Positions 9,624 through 19,153 of a stretch of DNA of 64,000 bases are shown here, one piece after another. Position numbers and translations under genes: made by a program. Origin of the DNA: Clostridia bacterium (GTDB taxonomy: Bacteria > Bacillota > Clostridia > TANB77 > CAG-508); NCBI GenBank assembly GCA_017410505.1, contig JAFQQR010000044.1, forward strand, positions 1,620 to 65,619, in the 5' to 3' direction. Below the pieces are notes generated by a model. The model searched no databases. It worked only from the letters and a program-made list of their open reading frames with translations, and was not told the DNA's origin. The number at the start of each line of letters is the position of its first letter. Within the stretch, counting starts at the first letter, position 1.

Positions 9624-10865
9624 TTAATCAATATTTTCATCTTTTATATAATATTTTGTTCCCAACATTTTATCTGGTAGATATTGTTGTTCTACCCAAT
9701 GTCCTGGAAAATCATGTGGATATAGATATCCTTCATGATATCCTAATTTTTTCATATCTTCAATTGGCGCATTTCTTATATGCATTGGTATTGTCCCTGT
9801 ATCTTTATTTTGTACATCTTCTAAAGCTCTATTTATTGCTAAATAGCTTGCGTTTGATTTTTTAGAAGTCGCAACATATACAGCTGCCTCTGAAAGCAAA
9901 ATTCTTGCTTCTGGCATTCCTACCATATGAACAGCTTGCATTGCTGCATTTGCTACAACTAATGCATTTGGATTTGCCATTCCAACATCTTCTGATGCAC
10001 AAATTACAATTCTCCTTGCTAAAAACATGGGGTCTTCTCCTCCACTTAGCGCTCTTGCTAAATAAAAAACTGCTGCATCTGGGTCTGATCCCCTCATTGA
10101 TTTTATAAATGCACTTATATTATCATAATGTGTATCACCTTTTTTATCAAAAATTGCTTTTCTACTTTGAATACAATTTTTTATTACATCATCAGTTATA
10201 TGAATATATCCATCACTTTCCATATTTGTTGTAAGTACTGCAATTTCCAGACCATTTAGTGCTGTTCTTACATCTCCGTTTGATATAGCTGCAAGTTTTT
10301 CTAAAGTTTTATCTTCTATTTTTATGTTGTATTCTCCTAATCCATCTTTTCTTTCTATTGCATTTTTTAATATTTTGTAAACATTATCTTTTGTTAATGG
10401 TTCTAATTTTATGACCATTGACCTTGATATTAAAGCTTTATTTACTTCAAAATATGGATTTTCTGTTGTTGCTCCTATTAAAATTATTAATCCATTTTCT
10501 ACATAAGGTAATAATGCATCTTGTTGCAATTTATTAAATCTGTGAATTTCATCTATAAATAATATACTTTTTCCTGTTGGATTTATCATAAAATTTTTGG
10601 TCTCTTCTATTACTTTTTTTATATCTGAAACTCCTGCTGTTACTGCATTTATTTTATAAAACTTGTATTTTGTTGTTTCACTTATTACCTTTGCTAATGA
10701 TGTTTTTCCACATCCTGGTGGTCCAAATAGTATTATACTAGATAATCTATCTGCTTTTATTGTTCTATATAATATTTTGTCTTTTCCTAATACATGTTCT
10801 TGACCAACATACTCTTCTAATGTTTTTGGTCTCATCCTATATGCTAGTGGTTCATTATTGTTCAT
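9624..10865 (-). CDS. rarA: Replication-associated recombination protein A (AAA+ ATPase, MgsA/RarA)
   Basis: 413 aa. Walker A GPPGCGKTS, FIDEIHRFNK, and the C-terminal MgsA domain YDNISAFIKSMRGSDPDAAVFYLARAL. Confidence 0.95.
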   Translation of the reverse strand: MNNNEPLAYRMRPKTLEEYVGQEHVLGKDKILYRTIKADRLSSIILFGPPGCGKTSLAKVISETTKYKFYKINAVTAGVSDIKKVIEETKNFMINPTGKSILFIDEIHRFNKLQQDALLPYVENGLIILIGATTENPYFEVNKALISRSMVIKLEPLTKDNVYKILKNAIERKDGLGEYNIKIEDKTLEKLAAISNGDVRTALNGLEIAVLTTNMESDGYIHITDDVIKNCIQSRKAIFDKKGDTHYDNISAFIKSMRGSDPDAAVFYLARALSGGEDPMFLARRIVICASEDVGMANPNALVVANAAMQAVHMVGMPEARILLSEAAVYVATSKKSNASYLAINRALEDVQNKDTGTIPMHIRNAPIEDMKKLGYHEGYLYPHDFPGHWVEQQYLPDKMLGTKYYIKDENID

Positions 10866-10881
10866 TTCTTTCTCCTAAAAA

Positions 10882-10972
10882 AGAAGGATTATGGGGATGT
10901 GGCTTAAAATCCTTCTAAAATTCACTTATTTATATTTTAGAGGGATTTAAAGCTCGTCCCCATAATCCCTCT
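10882..10972. repeat. Two inverted copies (10882-10916 and 10939-10972) of a hairpin element of about 35 nt (family RE-1, AGAGGGATT..GGGGA(C/T)G..AATCCCTCT)
   Basis: agaaggattatggggatgtggcttaaaatccttct and agagggatttaaagctcgtccccataatccctct are reverse complements of each other apart from a few changes. Related copies lie at 25564-25596 and 40001-40036. Confidence 0.8.
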
Positions 10973-10975
10973 TTT

Positions 10976-11596
10976 TTATTTTCCCAAAATAGCTAGACCT
11001 TTTCTTATTAAGTCTTCTGTAGATAATCCTTCTTTATCTAATTTTTCAAATGATTTTTCAATTTCTTTCTTGTTATATCCTAATACTTGAAGTGCTGCAA
11101 TTGCTTCATCAATTTTTTGACTATTTTCTATTGCAACTTCTACATTTGTTTTTATTCCTTTTGTTGCTGCTGTTAATTCTTGTATTTGTTGTTCTTTCTT
11201 TATTTTATCTTTTAGTTCTAATATTATTCTTTGTGCTGACTTTGCACCTATTCCAGGAATTTGTGTTAATGCTTTTATATCTTCTGAAATTATTGAAATA
11301 GCAAACTCTGTAGGTTCGCATACTGCAAGCATAGTAAGCGCTGTTTTTGCTCCTACTCCGCTTACTGATATTAATAATTCAAACATTTTTAATTCTTCTA
11401 ATGTATTAAATCCAAATATACTAATATCATCTTCTCTAACTTTGTAATATGTATGTACTTTAACTGTTTCTCCTATATTTCCTAATTTTTCTATTCCTGA
11501 GTCTGACATGAATACTTTATATCCTAATCCTCCAACATCTATTACAATATATCCTGTCATTTTCATTTCTAATATTCCTTTTATATATGCTAACAT
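10976..11596 (-). CDS. ruvA: Holliday junction branch migration complex subunit RuvA
   Basis: 206 aa. MLAYIKGIL..., HhH motifs LISVSGVGAKTALTML and LTQIPGIGAKSAQRIILEL. ruvB is not adjacent. Confidence 0.9.
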   Translation of the reverse strand: MLAYIKGILEMKMTGYIVIDVGGLGYKVFMSDSGIEKLGNIGETVKVHTYYKVREDDISIFGFNTLEELKMFELLISVSGVGAKTALTMLAVCEPTEFAISIISEDIKALTQIPGIGAKSAQRIILELKDKIKKEQQIQELTAATKGIKTNVEVAIENSQKIDEAIAALQVLGYNKKEIEKSFEKLDKEGLSTEDLIRKGLAILGK

Positions 11597-11645
11597 TTTC
11601 TTTTCTTCCTTTCTTGTTCATCAGGGACGTTTCTTTTTGGACACA

Positions 11646-12200
11646 TTAAATATCATAAAAATATGTTGCCTCTAAATCGGCTTCATGCATTAATAACGCT
11701 AATGGGTATTTTTTGTATGCCGCACCTATTGTGTTATATAATTCTTTTGGTTCTGTATATCCCATATGCCAACGAATTGCATATTTTTCTTCTGGTGTTA
11801 ATTTCATATATTCTGTTATCATCATTACTGATTTTTCTCCATGTCCATATGGTATTGTATCATCTATAGTGTAATATGGTACTTTTTCCCATACTCCTAA
11901 TGCATTTTTTGCATTTCTGTAATCTACTTTATAAAAGTTTGCTTTGCATAGGTCATGTAATAATGGAACTATTATCAATGTTTCTGGATTTACATTTAAT
12001 GGTTCTATATTTGTTTCTACTTTGTGTTTTAATATTTCATATACTTTCATACTGTGTTCTACTAGTCCACCTTCATAGTCTCCATGAAATCTTGTACTTG
12101 CTGGTGCTTTGAAGAAATCTGTTTTTTCTATAAATTCTATTAATTCATCTATTCCTTCTCTTTTTACTTGTTTTAATAATTCTAGAAATTGTTCTTTCAT
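11646..12200 (-). CDS. HD-domain metal-dependent phosphohydrolase
   Basis: 184 aa. The H...HD pattern (FHGDYEGGLVEHS, LLHDLCK) is typical of HD superfamily hydrolases. Confidence 0.75.
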   Translation of the reverse strand: MKEQFLELLKQVKREGIDELIEFIEKTDFFKAPASTRFHGDYEGGLVEHSMKVYEILKHKVETNIEPLNVNPETLIIVPLLHDLCKANFYKVDYRNAKNALGVWEKVPYYTIDDTIPYGHGEKSVMMITEYMKLTPEEKYAIRWHMGYTEPKELYNTIGAAYKKYPLALLMHEADLEATYFYDI

Positions 12201-12215
12201 TTTTTACCTACTTTC

Positions 12216-12244
12216 TTGACTTTTTAATTTTTATATTCTATAAT
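12216..12244 (+). promoter_or_regulatory. Candidate sigma-A promoter (TTGACT, 17-nt spacer, TATAAT) driving a structured leader or small RNA
   Basis: Read directly as cTTGACTttttaatttttatattcTATAATat. Downstream lie hairpins at 12273-12287 (accacaaaatgtggt) and 12301-12330 (tccatatc..gatatgga), followed by cttctttattt. Confidence 0.45.
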
Positions 12245-12552
12245 ATATTTAGAAAATAAGAGACCACAAAATGTGGTTGCCAAGTGTTTTATATTTTTAG
12301 TCCATATCTAGCTGGTCGCAGGATATGGACTTCTTTATTTGCTTATAATTTTAGCTAAAGCTATAATTAAGGCACATGTCCCACATTCTGCTTTTTCTCT
12401 CATTTTCTTTGCCTATTATATAAATATAACCTTAAAATGTCAATACTATTTAACAAATTTTTGTTTGTATTAAATAGAGTTTTTTATTTGGTTGAAAATT
12501 ATAATTCTTTATGTTATTATTCTAATTGAAAATATAAATAAGGAGTTTTTAA

Positions 12553-13992
12553 ATGAGAATAGGATTAGATATAGATAATGTAATATCAAGTTTTGATAAT
12601 AGTTTATTAGAAGAATATTTAAAACATGATAAAGAATTAAGAAATACTGGAATTATAAATGAAAATTCTGATTCTATAAGACGTGGTATGTTTGATTGGA
12701 CTGATGAAGAAGACAACACTTTTTATCAACAAAATATTGAAAGAATAGCAACTAACTTAAAACTAATTAATGATGCTGATAAATTTATAAGTAAATTATT
12801 AGAAGATGGAAATGAAATATATATAATTTCTGGTCGTGATAATGGTGATTATAAAGAACCTTATGAAATGACAAGAAACTGGTTAGCTAAAAATAATATT
12901 AACTATACCAAATTGATACTTACAAATGCTTATGATAAACATGCAAAAACAATAGAATGCATAAAAAATAATATTGATATTATGGTTGAAGATAATAAAG
13001 GTATTTGTATTGACTTAAAAGAAAATGGTATAAAAGTTTTAATGATGAATACTAGATTTAATCAAAATAATCTAGATATTGAAAGAGTATCATCTTGGAA
13101 TGAAATATATTCAAAAATTTCTAAATTGTATCCTAAAAAAGAAGTTGAAAAAATAAATGTAATATTAGACACAGATACATATAATGAGGCTGATGACCAA
13201 TTTGCACTTTCTTACTTACTAAAATCCCAAGATAGATTTAATATTGAGGCTATCACTATTGCACCATATCAACATGATAATGATTTATCAATAGAAGAAG
13301 GCCAAGAAAAAAGCTATCAAGAGGTACTAAAAATATGTAATTGGCTTAATTTTGATACTCATAATAAAATTTTTAAAGGTTCTACCAATTACATTACAAA
13401 TGAATATAATGAAGAAAATGATGCTGTAAATAAAATAATTGAAACAGCATTAAAAAATAAAAAAACATATATTATTGCAATTGGAGCTATAACTAATGTG
13501 GCTTTAGCAATACTTAAAGAACCAAAAATAATTGACAAATTAGAAGTTGTATGGCTTGGCGGTCATAGTTTACTATGCACAGATAACAAAGAATTTAATT
13601 TTAGACAAGATATGCAAGCTGTAAAAACTGTATTTGAATCAAAATTAAATTTAACAATACTACCTTGTAAGGGTGTTGTTTCAAATTTAAAAACATCAAT
13701 TTATGAAGTAGAATATCATTTAAAAGGAAAAAATCAATTATGCAATTATTTATGTGAAAGATTTTATGATGATGGAAAACACGGCATTCAAACTAGAAGA
13801 GTAATTTGGGATATAAGTGCTATTGCTTATCTTATTAATAAAGATTGGTTTGAAACTTCAAAAATTAATTGTCCTAATATAAATGATGATACATCTTATG
13901 AATTAGATACTAATAATCATTTAATTACAATGGTTAATTACTTGGATAGTGATAAGATTTATGAAGATTTATTTAGAAAGTTAGGCAAATAA
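12553..13992 (+). CDS. Bifunctional-looking fusion of an N-terminal 5'(3')-deoxyribonucleotidase-like HAD domain (NT5C type) and a C-terminal inosine/uridine-preferring nucleoside hydrolase domain
   Basis: N-terminus MRIGLDIDNVISSF... carries the HAD motif I DxDxV, with ...IYIISGRD.. and ..DIMVEDN. From about aa 200, KINVILDTDTYNEADDQFAL (the Asp cluster of IU-nucleoside hydrolases), IIAIGAITNVALAI and VIWDISAIAYL. RBS AAGGAG at 12540. Confidence 0.8.
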   Translation: MRIGLDIDNVISSFDNSLLEEYLKHDKELRNTGIINENSDSIRRGMFDWTDEEDNTFYQQNIERIATNLKLINDADKFISKLLEDGNEIYIISGRDNGDYKEPYEMTRNWLAKNNINYTKLILTNAYDKHAKTIECIKNNIDIMVEDNKGICIDLKENGIKVLMMNTRFNQNNLDIERVSSWNEIYSKISKLYPKKEVEKINVILDTDTYNEADDQFALSYLLKSQDRFNIEAITIAPYQHDNDLSIEEGQEKSYQEVLKICNWLNFDTHNKIFKGSTNYITNEYNEENDAVNKIIETALKNKKTYIIAIGAITNVALAILKEPKIIDKLEVVWLGGHSLLCTDNKEFNFRQDMQAVKTVFESKLNLTILPCKGVVSNLKTSIYEVEYHLKGKNQLCNYLCERFYDDGKHGIQTRRVIWDISAIAYLINKDWFETSKINCPNINDDTSYELDTNNHLITMVNYLDSDKIYEDLFRKLGK

Positions 13993-14060
13993 ATATGAAA
14001 ATTAAATATTATAGTGATGATATTGAAAAGGTATTCATGGAATCACATTTTATTATAAAT

Positions 14061-14096
14061 CTGTCAAAAAGGGATATCCCTTTTGACAGATTTTCT
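14061..14096. terminator. Bidirectional rho-independent terminator between convergent genes
   Basis: ctgtcaaaaagggatatcccttttgacag followed by attttc. It is flanked by an A-tract on one side and a T-tract on the other. Confidence 0.8.
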
Positions 14097-15332
14097 TTAT
14101 TTGTTTAATTTTTTAATTCTCTCAATTGCTTCAATTGTATTTTCCTTAGTATTAAATGCTGTTAGTCTAAAATACCCTTCACCATGAGGACCAAAACCAC
14201 TTCCAGGTGTTCCAACAACATTTGCCTCTTTCAATAATTTATCAAAAAACTCCCATGATGTCATACCTTCTGGAATTTTAAGCCATATATATGGTGAATT
14301 AACTCCTCCATATACTTCATATCCCGCTTCTTCTAATCCTCTTTTTATTATTTTTGCATTTTCTAAATAATAACTTATATTTTCCTTTATTTGTTTTTTT
14401 CCATCTTCTGTATAAACCGCTTCGGCTGCTCTTTGTATTATATATGGTACTCCATTAAATTTAGTACATGTTCTTCTATTCCATAATTTATTTAAACTTA
14501 CTTCTTCCCCATTTTTTGCTAAACCTTTTATATCTTTTGGAATAACAACATATCCACATCTTAATCCTGTAAATCCTGCTGTTTTTGAATAACTTTTAAA
14601 TTCTATTGCAACTTCTTTTGCTCCTTCAATTTCATAAATACTATGTGGTATATTTTCTTCTGTTATAAATGCTTCATATGCTGCATCATATAAAATTATT
14701 GATTTATTTTCTTTCGCATAATCTACCCATTTTTTTAATTCATTTTTATCTAACGTTGTTCCTGTTGGATTATTTGGAAAACATAGATATATTAAATCTA
14801 CTTTTTCTTTTGGTAATTCTGGTTTGAATTCATTTTCAGCTATTACTGGTAAATACACTATATTTTCATATATTTCTTTTTCTTTATTATATTTACCACT
14901 TCTCCCTGCCATCACATTTGTATCTATGTATACTGGGTATACCGGATCTGTAATTGCCACTTTATTGTTTTTATCAAATATATCAACAATATTACCACAA
15001 TCACATTTTGCTCCATCTGATACAAATATCTCATCATCTAGAATCTCTATTCCTCTTGATTTATAATCATTTTCAGCAATTGCTTTTCTTAAAAAATCAT
15101 AGCCCTGTTCTGGTCCATATCCTCGGAAGCCTTCTTGTGCTCCCATTTCTTCTACTGCTTTTTGCATTGCTTTTATACATGCTGGCACAATTGGTTTTGT
15201 TACATCGCCAATTCCTAATTTTATTACTTTTTTATCTGGATTTTCTTCTGTAAATTTAGCTACTTTTTTTGCTATAGTTGAAAATAAGTAGCTATCTTGT
15301 AACTCTAAAAAATTTTCATTTATAAAACTCAT
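14097..15332 (-). CDS. dapL: LL-diaminopimelate aminotransferase
   Basis: 411 aa, a PLP aminotransferase with the DapL-type N-terminus [24 protein letters not shown], plus [15 protein letters not shown]. It overlaps dapF by 4 nt. Confidence 0.9.
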   Translation of the reverse strand: MSFINENFLELQDSYLFSTIAKKVAKFTEENPDKKVIKLGIGDVTKPIVPACIKAMQKAVEEMGAQEGFRGYGPEQGYDFLRKAIAENDYKSRGIEILDDEIFVSDGAKCDCGNIVDIFDKNNKVAITDPVYPVYIDTNVMAGRSGKYNKEKEIYENIVYLPVIAENEFKPELPKEKVDLIYLCFPNNPTGTTLDKNELKKWVDYAKENKSIILYDAAYEAFITEENIPHSIYEIEGAKEVAIEFKSYSKTAGFTGLRCGYVVIPKDIKGLAKNGEEVSLNKLWNRRTCTKFNGVPYIIQRAAEAVYTEDGKKQIKENISYYLENAKIIKRGLEEAGYEVYGGVNSPYIWLKIPEGMTSWEFFDKLLKEANVVGTPGSGFGPHGEGYFRLTAFNTKENTIEAIERIKKLNK

Positions 15333-16177
15333 CTTATCGCCTCCTTATAAAGTTCCCCATCAAATACAGTTACTGCTGGTCCTATCATATATACATGATT
15401 ATCCTCTTTATTCCATTCTATCTCTAGCTTTCCACCTAATAATTCTATTTTTACTTTTCTATCTGTCAATCCGTTTAAATTACAGCTTACTGCTGTTGCA
15501 CATGCTCCAGTACCACAAGCTAATGTTTCTCCTGCACCTCTCTCCCAGACTCTCATCTTAATATTTTGTCTATCTAACACTTGAATAAATTCTACATTAG
15601 TCTTTTTAGGAAATGCCTTATCAATTTCTAATAACTTTCCATATTTTTCTACATTAAAATTTTTAGTATCATCCACAATTGTAATTGCATGTGGATTTCC
15701 CATAGATACACATGTAAATTTAAATTTCCTTCCTTCTGCTTCTAATTCTAAATTTTTAACTGGTTTTTCATTTGATATTACTGGTATCTTCTCTGCCTCT
15801 AATATAGGTTCACCCATATCAACTCTTACATTTTCAACTTTTCCATCTTTTGTGTTTAAATTTAATGATTTAATTCCAGCTAATGTCTCAATAGTTACTG
15901 TTGTTTTATTTGTAAGTCCTTTGTCATATACAAATTTTCCAACACACCTAATTCCATTTCCGCACATTTCAGCTTCACTTCCATCTGAATTAAACATCCT
16001 CATTTTAAAATCTGCAACATCACTTTTGCATATTAAAATTAGTCCATCTGAACCAATCCCAAAATGTCTGTTGCTAACAAATTGAGCTAGAGATGATTCA
16101 TTTTCTATATTTTGATTTACGGCATCAATATAGACATAATCATTCCCTAGCCCATGCATTTTTGTAAATTTAATCAT
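15329..16177 (-). CDS. dapF: Diaminopimelate epimerase
   Basis: 282 aa. [11 protein letters not shown], both catalytic Cys motifs ([18 protein letters not shown] and [12 protein letters not shown]). Confidence 0.95.
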   Translation of the reverse strand: MIKFTKMHGLGNDYVYIDAVNQNIENESSLAQFVSNRHFGIGSDGLILICKSDVADFKMRMFNSDGSEAEMCGNGIRCVGKFVYDKGLTNKTTVTIETLAGIKSLNLNTKDGKVENVRVDMGEPILEAEKIPVISNEKPVKNLELEAEGRKFKFTCVSMGNPHAITIVDDTKNFNVEKYGKLLEIDKAFPKKTNVEFIQVLDRQNIKMRVWERGAGETLACGTGACATAVSCNLNGLTDRKVKIELLGGKLEIEWNKEDNHVYMIGPAVTVFDGELYKEAIR

Positions 16178-16293
16178 AATATCACCTCATTTAGGTATTA
16201 ATAACAAATAAAATATAATTATATTTTATTGTTTTGTATTCTATCATATTGTATTTTCTTTGTAAAGAGCTTATTTTTAAAATCAGCTGTACT

Positions 16294-16563
16294 GTTGAAA
16301 CTATTCAGACCTAAATATGAAGAGTTGATGGAAAAGGTTGCTATAGCCATCAATTTATGCAATGACGAATGTGACGGGAATAGGCTTAGAAATTCTTAAT
16401 TAATTTTATGGAAAGAGTTCACGCAGCGCAGCGGAGTGGAAGGGTGCCATAAAATTAATTTAGAATTTCTTAGTCTATGTATGGAGCCGAGGAATGAAAT
16501 AAATTGATGGCTATAGCAACCTTTTCCATCAACCCTTCATATTTAGGTCTGAATAGTTTCAAC
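16294..16563. repeat. Long nested palindrome E1 with 65-bp outer arms (64/65 complementary), an inner stem of about 27 bp and a GC-rich apical loop
   Basis: Left arm 16294-16358 (gttgaaactattcagacctaaatatgaagagttgatggaaaaggttgctatagccatcaatttat) and right arm 16499-16563. Inner stem cttagaaattcttaattaattttatgg / ccataaaattaatttagaatttcttag. Apex aaagagttcacgcagcgcagcggagtggaagggtg. Confidence 0.9.
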
Positions 16564-16631
16564 ATCTTATATTTGCATTTTTTATATTTTATTGTATAAT
16601 ATAACCAAATACAAATGAAAGGTTATATTAT

Positions 16632-17318
16632 ATGAAATTTATAAAAAAATTATTTATTGCAACTATCATCTTATTTCTTCTAATTTGTTCAATCATATTT
16701 TTCCTAGGTCACTCATATTACACAAAAGCATTAGAAGAAAAACCTTTACTTACAAGAGTTGATGAAATTACAACACAAGAAAATTTTGTAAAATTTGAAG
16801 ACATGTCAACATACTATAGAAATGCAGTAATAAGTGTTGAAGACCATAGATTTTATGACCATGGCCCTGTTGACTTTATTGCAATTGCAAGAGCTACTTT
16901 TACAAATGTAAAAAATGGTGAATTAAAAGAAGGCGGAAGCACTATCACACAACAAGTTGCTAAGAATGTAGTTTTTAATCAAGAACCTACTTGGATTAGA
17001 AAAGTCGCTGAAATTTTTGCTGCATATGATTTAGAAAAAAATTACACTAAAAAAGAAATTTTTGAAATATATGTAAATACTGCCTATTTTGGTGATGGAT
17101 ATTATGGTATTTATCAAGCAAGTTATGGATATTATAATAAATCTCCAAAAGATTTAAATTTAGATGAATCATCTATGCTTGCTGGTGTTCCAAATGCTCC
17201 TTCTGTATATGCCCCAACTGTAAATCCAGATTTGGCAAAAAAACGTCAATATCATGTTTTGAATACAATGCTTGAATATGGCTATATTACTAAAGATGAA
17301 TCTTTATCTATTAAATAA
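16632..17318 (+). CDS. Monofunctional peptidoglycan glycosyltransferase (GT51 transglycosylase)
   Basis: 228 aa. N-terminal TM segment, then GT51 motifs ISVEDHRFYDHGPVD, GGSTITQQVAKN and RKVAEIFAAYDLEKNYTKKEILEIY-like. Confidence 0.9.
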   Translation: MKFIKKLFIATIILFLLICSIIFFLGHSYYTKALEEKPLLTRVDEITTQENFVKFEDMSTYYRNAVISVEDHRFYDHGPVDFIAIARATFTNVKNGELKEGGSTITQQVAKNVVFNQEPTWIRKVAEIFAAYDLEKNYTKKEIFEIYVNTAYFGDGYYGIYQASYGYYNKSPKDLNLDESSMLAGVPNAPSVYAPTVNPDLAKKRQYHVLNTMLEYGYITKDESLSIK

Positions 17319-17424
17319 TATCTTTTTATGGCCAATAATAGTTAACTATAGTTTTATTACTACTTTTTATTTAGAAGTAGTAATTTTTTTTATCCTTCAT
17401 ATATATTATTACGGAGGTTTTTTT

Positions 17425-18223
17425 ATGAAAATTATGTTTATTAAAAAAAGAAAACTTATATATTTATTTTTTTCTATTATAATTCTTTTTCTATTTTTCA
17501 TGTTAATATTTTTTATAAATTATCCATCATCTTTTGCAATTGAATTAAAGAAGAATTCTTTTTTTAATATTGATGTTACTACAACTTTAGATGATATTGC
17601 TAAATCTGATGAAAAAAAAGCTTATCTTACTTTTGATGATGGACCAACAACTAAAGCTACTGGAAAAATACTAGATGTTTTAAAAGAAGAAAATGTTAAA
17701 GCTACTTTTTTTGTTGTTGGAAAACATGTTAAAGAACATCCTGAATTAGTGAAACGTGAATATGAGGAAGGTCATTATATTGCTAACCATGGCTATAATC
17801 ATAATAATAAATTATTATATAAAGATATGGAGAGTTTTAAAAATGAAATTACCTCAACTGATTTAGAAATTTCAAAAGCTATTGGCGTTGAAAATTATTG
17901 TTCTCATATATTCAGATTTCCAAATCGGTTATATGTCTCATATATATACTAGTCAAAAAAAAGATGCTATTAAAGTTTTGTCTAGTTTGGATTATGTTTA
18001 TGTTGATTGGAACTGTTTAAATAGAGATTCTGAAAAAAAGGCTACTAATGCACAATTATTAAACAATTTGAAAAAAACTGCTAAAAACAAAGGAACATTA
18101 ATCATTTTAATGCACGATACTGCAGATGTTAATAAAACATATGATGTTCTAAAAGATTCCATTTCTTATTTAAAATCTCAAGGATATGAATTTAGCAATT
18201 TTTATGATTTTATTAATTTATAA
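17425..18223 (+). pseudogene. NodB-homology polysaccharide deacetylase, interrupted by a +1 frameshift at in-frame CGG (17926-17928)
   Basis: Start ATG at 17425 with RBS GGAGG at 17413-17417. TM segment, then YLTFDDGP, HGYNH. Frame 0 reads ..HIFRFPN-R-LYVSYIY*. Skipping C17926 gives ..FRFPN-G-YMSHIYTSQKKDAIKVL.., which continues in frame into ORF 17882-18223 (17927-17882=45). Confidence 0.85.
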
Positions 18224-18355
18224 AATTATTAATATCATTTTTTTGTACGAATCTAATATTTAGTATGTTGTTTTTTTATTTTCAATTTGTTATTGTTTTT
18301 CTACTTGATACCATTTGGTTAATCTTTTTTATTTTTTTATAATTTAGGTAAATAT

Positions 18356-18383
18356 TATAGAACTCATTAGTTATAGTTCTATA
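18356..18383. promoter_or_regulatory. Inverted repeat TATAGAACT-N10-AGTTCTATA, a candidate operator upstream of the XRE regulator gene
   Basis: Read directly. Perfect 9-bp arms located 23 nt upstream of the ATG at 18406 and overlapping a TATAAT-like box. Confidence 0.4.
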
Positions 18384-18405
18384 ATATTTGATATAGGAGG
18401 TTTCT

Positions 18406-18756
18406 ATGGATTTTGATGTAGAAAAATTTAGTTATAGGTTAACTGTCTTATTAGATGAAAATAACATGACTCAAACACAATTAGCAAAAAAAATAGGTAC
18501 TTCAAATGTTACAATTTGTAGATATCTTACTTGTGAGAGAATTCCTCGACTTGATGTTGTTACTAAAATTGCTTCTGTGTTTAATATCTCTTTAGATTAT
18601 TTACTTGGTCTGTCAGATGATAAGGATATTCAAGTTTCAGATGAAATTTCTGATTTAAATATTGCACTATTAATTAGTAAATTATATTCTTTAGATGATA
18701 ATTCTCATTTATCGAAAAATCAAATTGAATTAATAAAAAAAAATATTACTAGCTAA
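18406..18756 (+). CDS. XRE-family helix-turn-helix transcriptional regulator
   Basis: 116 aa. LDENNMTQTQLAKKIGTSNVTICRYLTCERIPRLDVVTKIASVFNISLDYLLG is a typical HTH_3 domain. RBS GGAGG. Confidence 0.85.
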   Translation: MDFDVEKFSYRLTVLLDENNMTQTQLAKKIGTSNVTICRYLTCERIPRLDVVTKIASVFNISLDYLLGLSDDKDIQVSDEISDLNIALLISKLYSLDDNSHLSKNQIELIKKNITS

Positions 18757-18783
18757 TAAAGACTTTATTCTTTCAGCATAAAA

Positions 18784-18815
18784 GGAAATAAGATATTAAA
18801 TCTTATTTCCTTTTT
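18784..18815. terminator. Bidirectional rho-independent terminator
   Basis: ggaaataaga-tattaaa-tcttatttcc with flanking A and T tracts, between convergent genes. Confidence 0.8.
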
Positions 18816-18816
18816 G

Positions 18817-19068
18817 CTATCTTTTATTTATTATTTCTTCTAATGCTAGTGCTAATTGATCTGGACATGATGTTCCCCTCATTCCACATGGTATTCCTTT
18901 TAATCTTTTTATCGCTTCTTCTATTTTCATACCTTCAACTAATCTTGATACTCCTACTGTATTTCCTGCACATCCACCTTGTATTGTTACTTTTTTTATT
19001 ATATCTTCTTCTATTTCTATTATCATTTCATATGAACATACTCCTTGTGGTTTGTATCTATATTCCAT
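18817..19068 (-). CDS. TSCPD-domain protein (small family with 4 Cys, TIGR03905-like)
   Basis: 83 aa. GGCAGNTVGVSRL and CGMRGTSCPDQLALAL motifs. Confidence 0.7.
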   Translation of the reverse strand: MEYRYKPQGVCSYEMIIEIEEDIIKKVTIQGGCAGNTVGVSRLVEGMKIEEAIKRLKGIPCGMRGTSCPDQLALALEEIINKR

Positions 19069-19153
19069 TTTTCATTCCTCCTTATTTTTTCATTATTATG
19101 TAGAATAATCAAAAAAGATGAAAAGTCCAGCAAATAGCTGGACTTTTATGTTG

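Noticed and set aside
10866-11596. ruvA not followed by ruvB
   Set aside because: Gene order varies among Firmicutes and ruvB is probably elsewhere. This is not evidence of anything unusual on its own.
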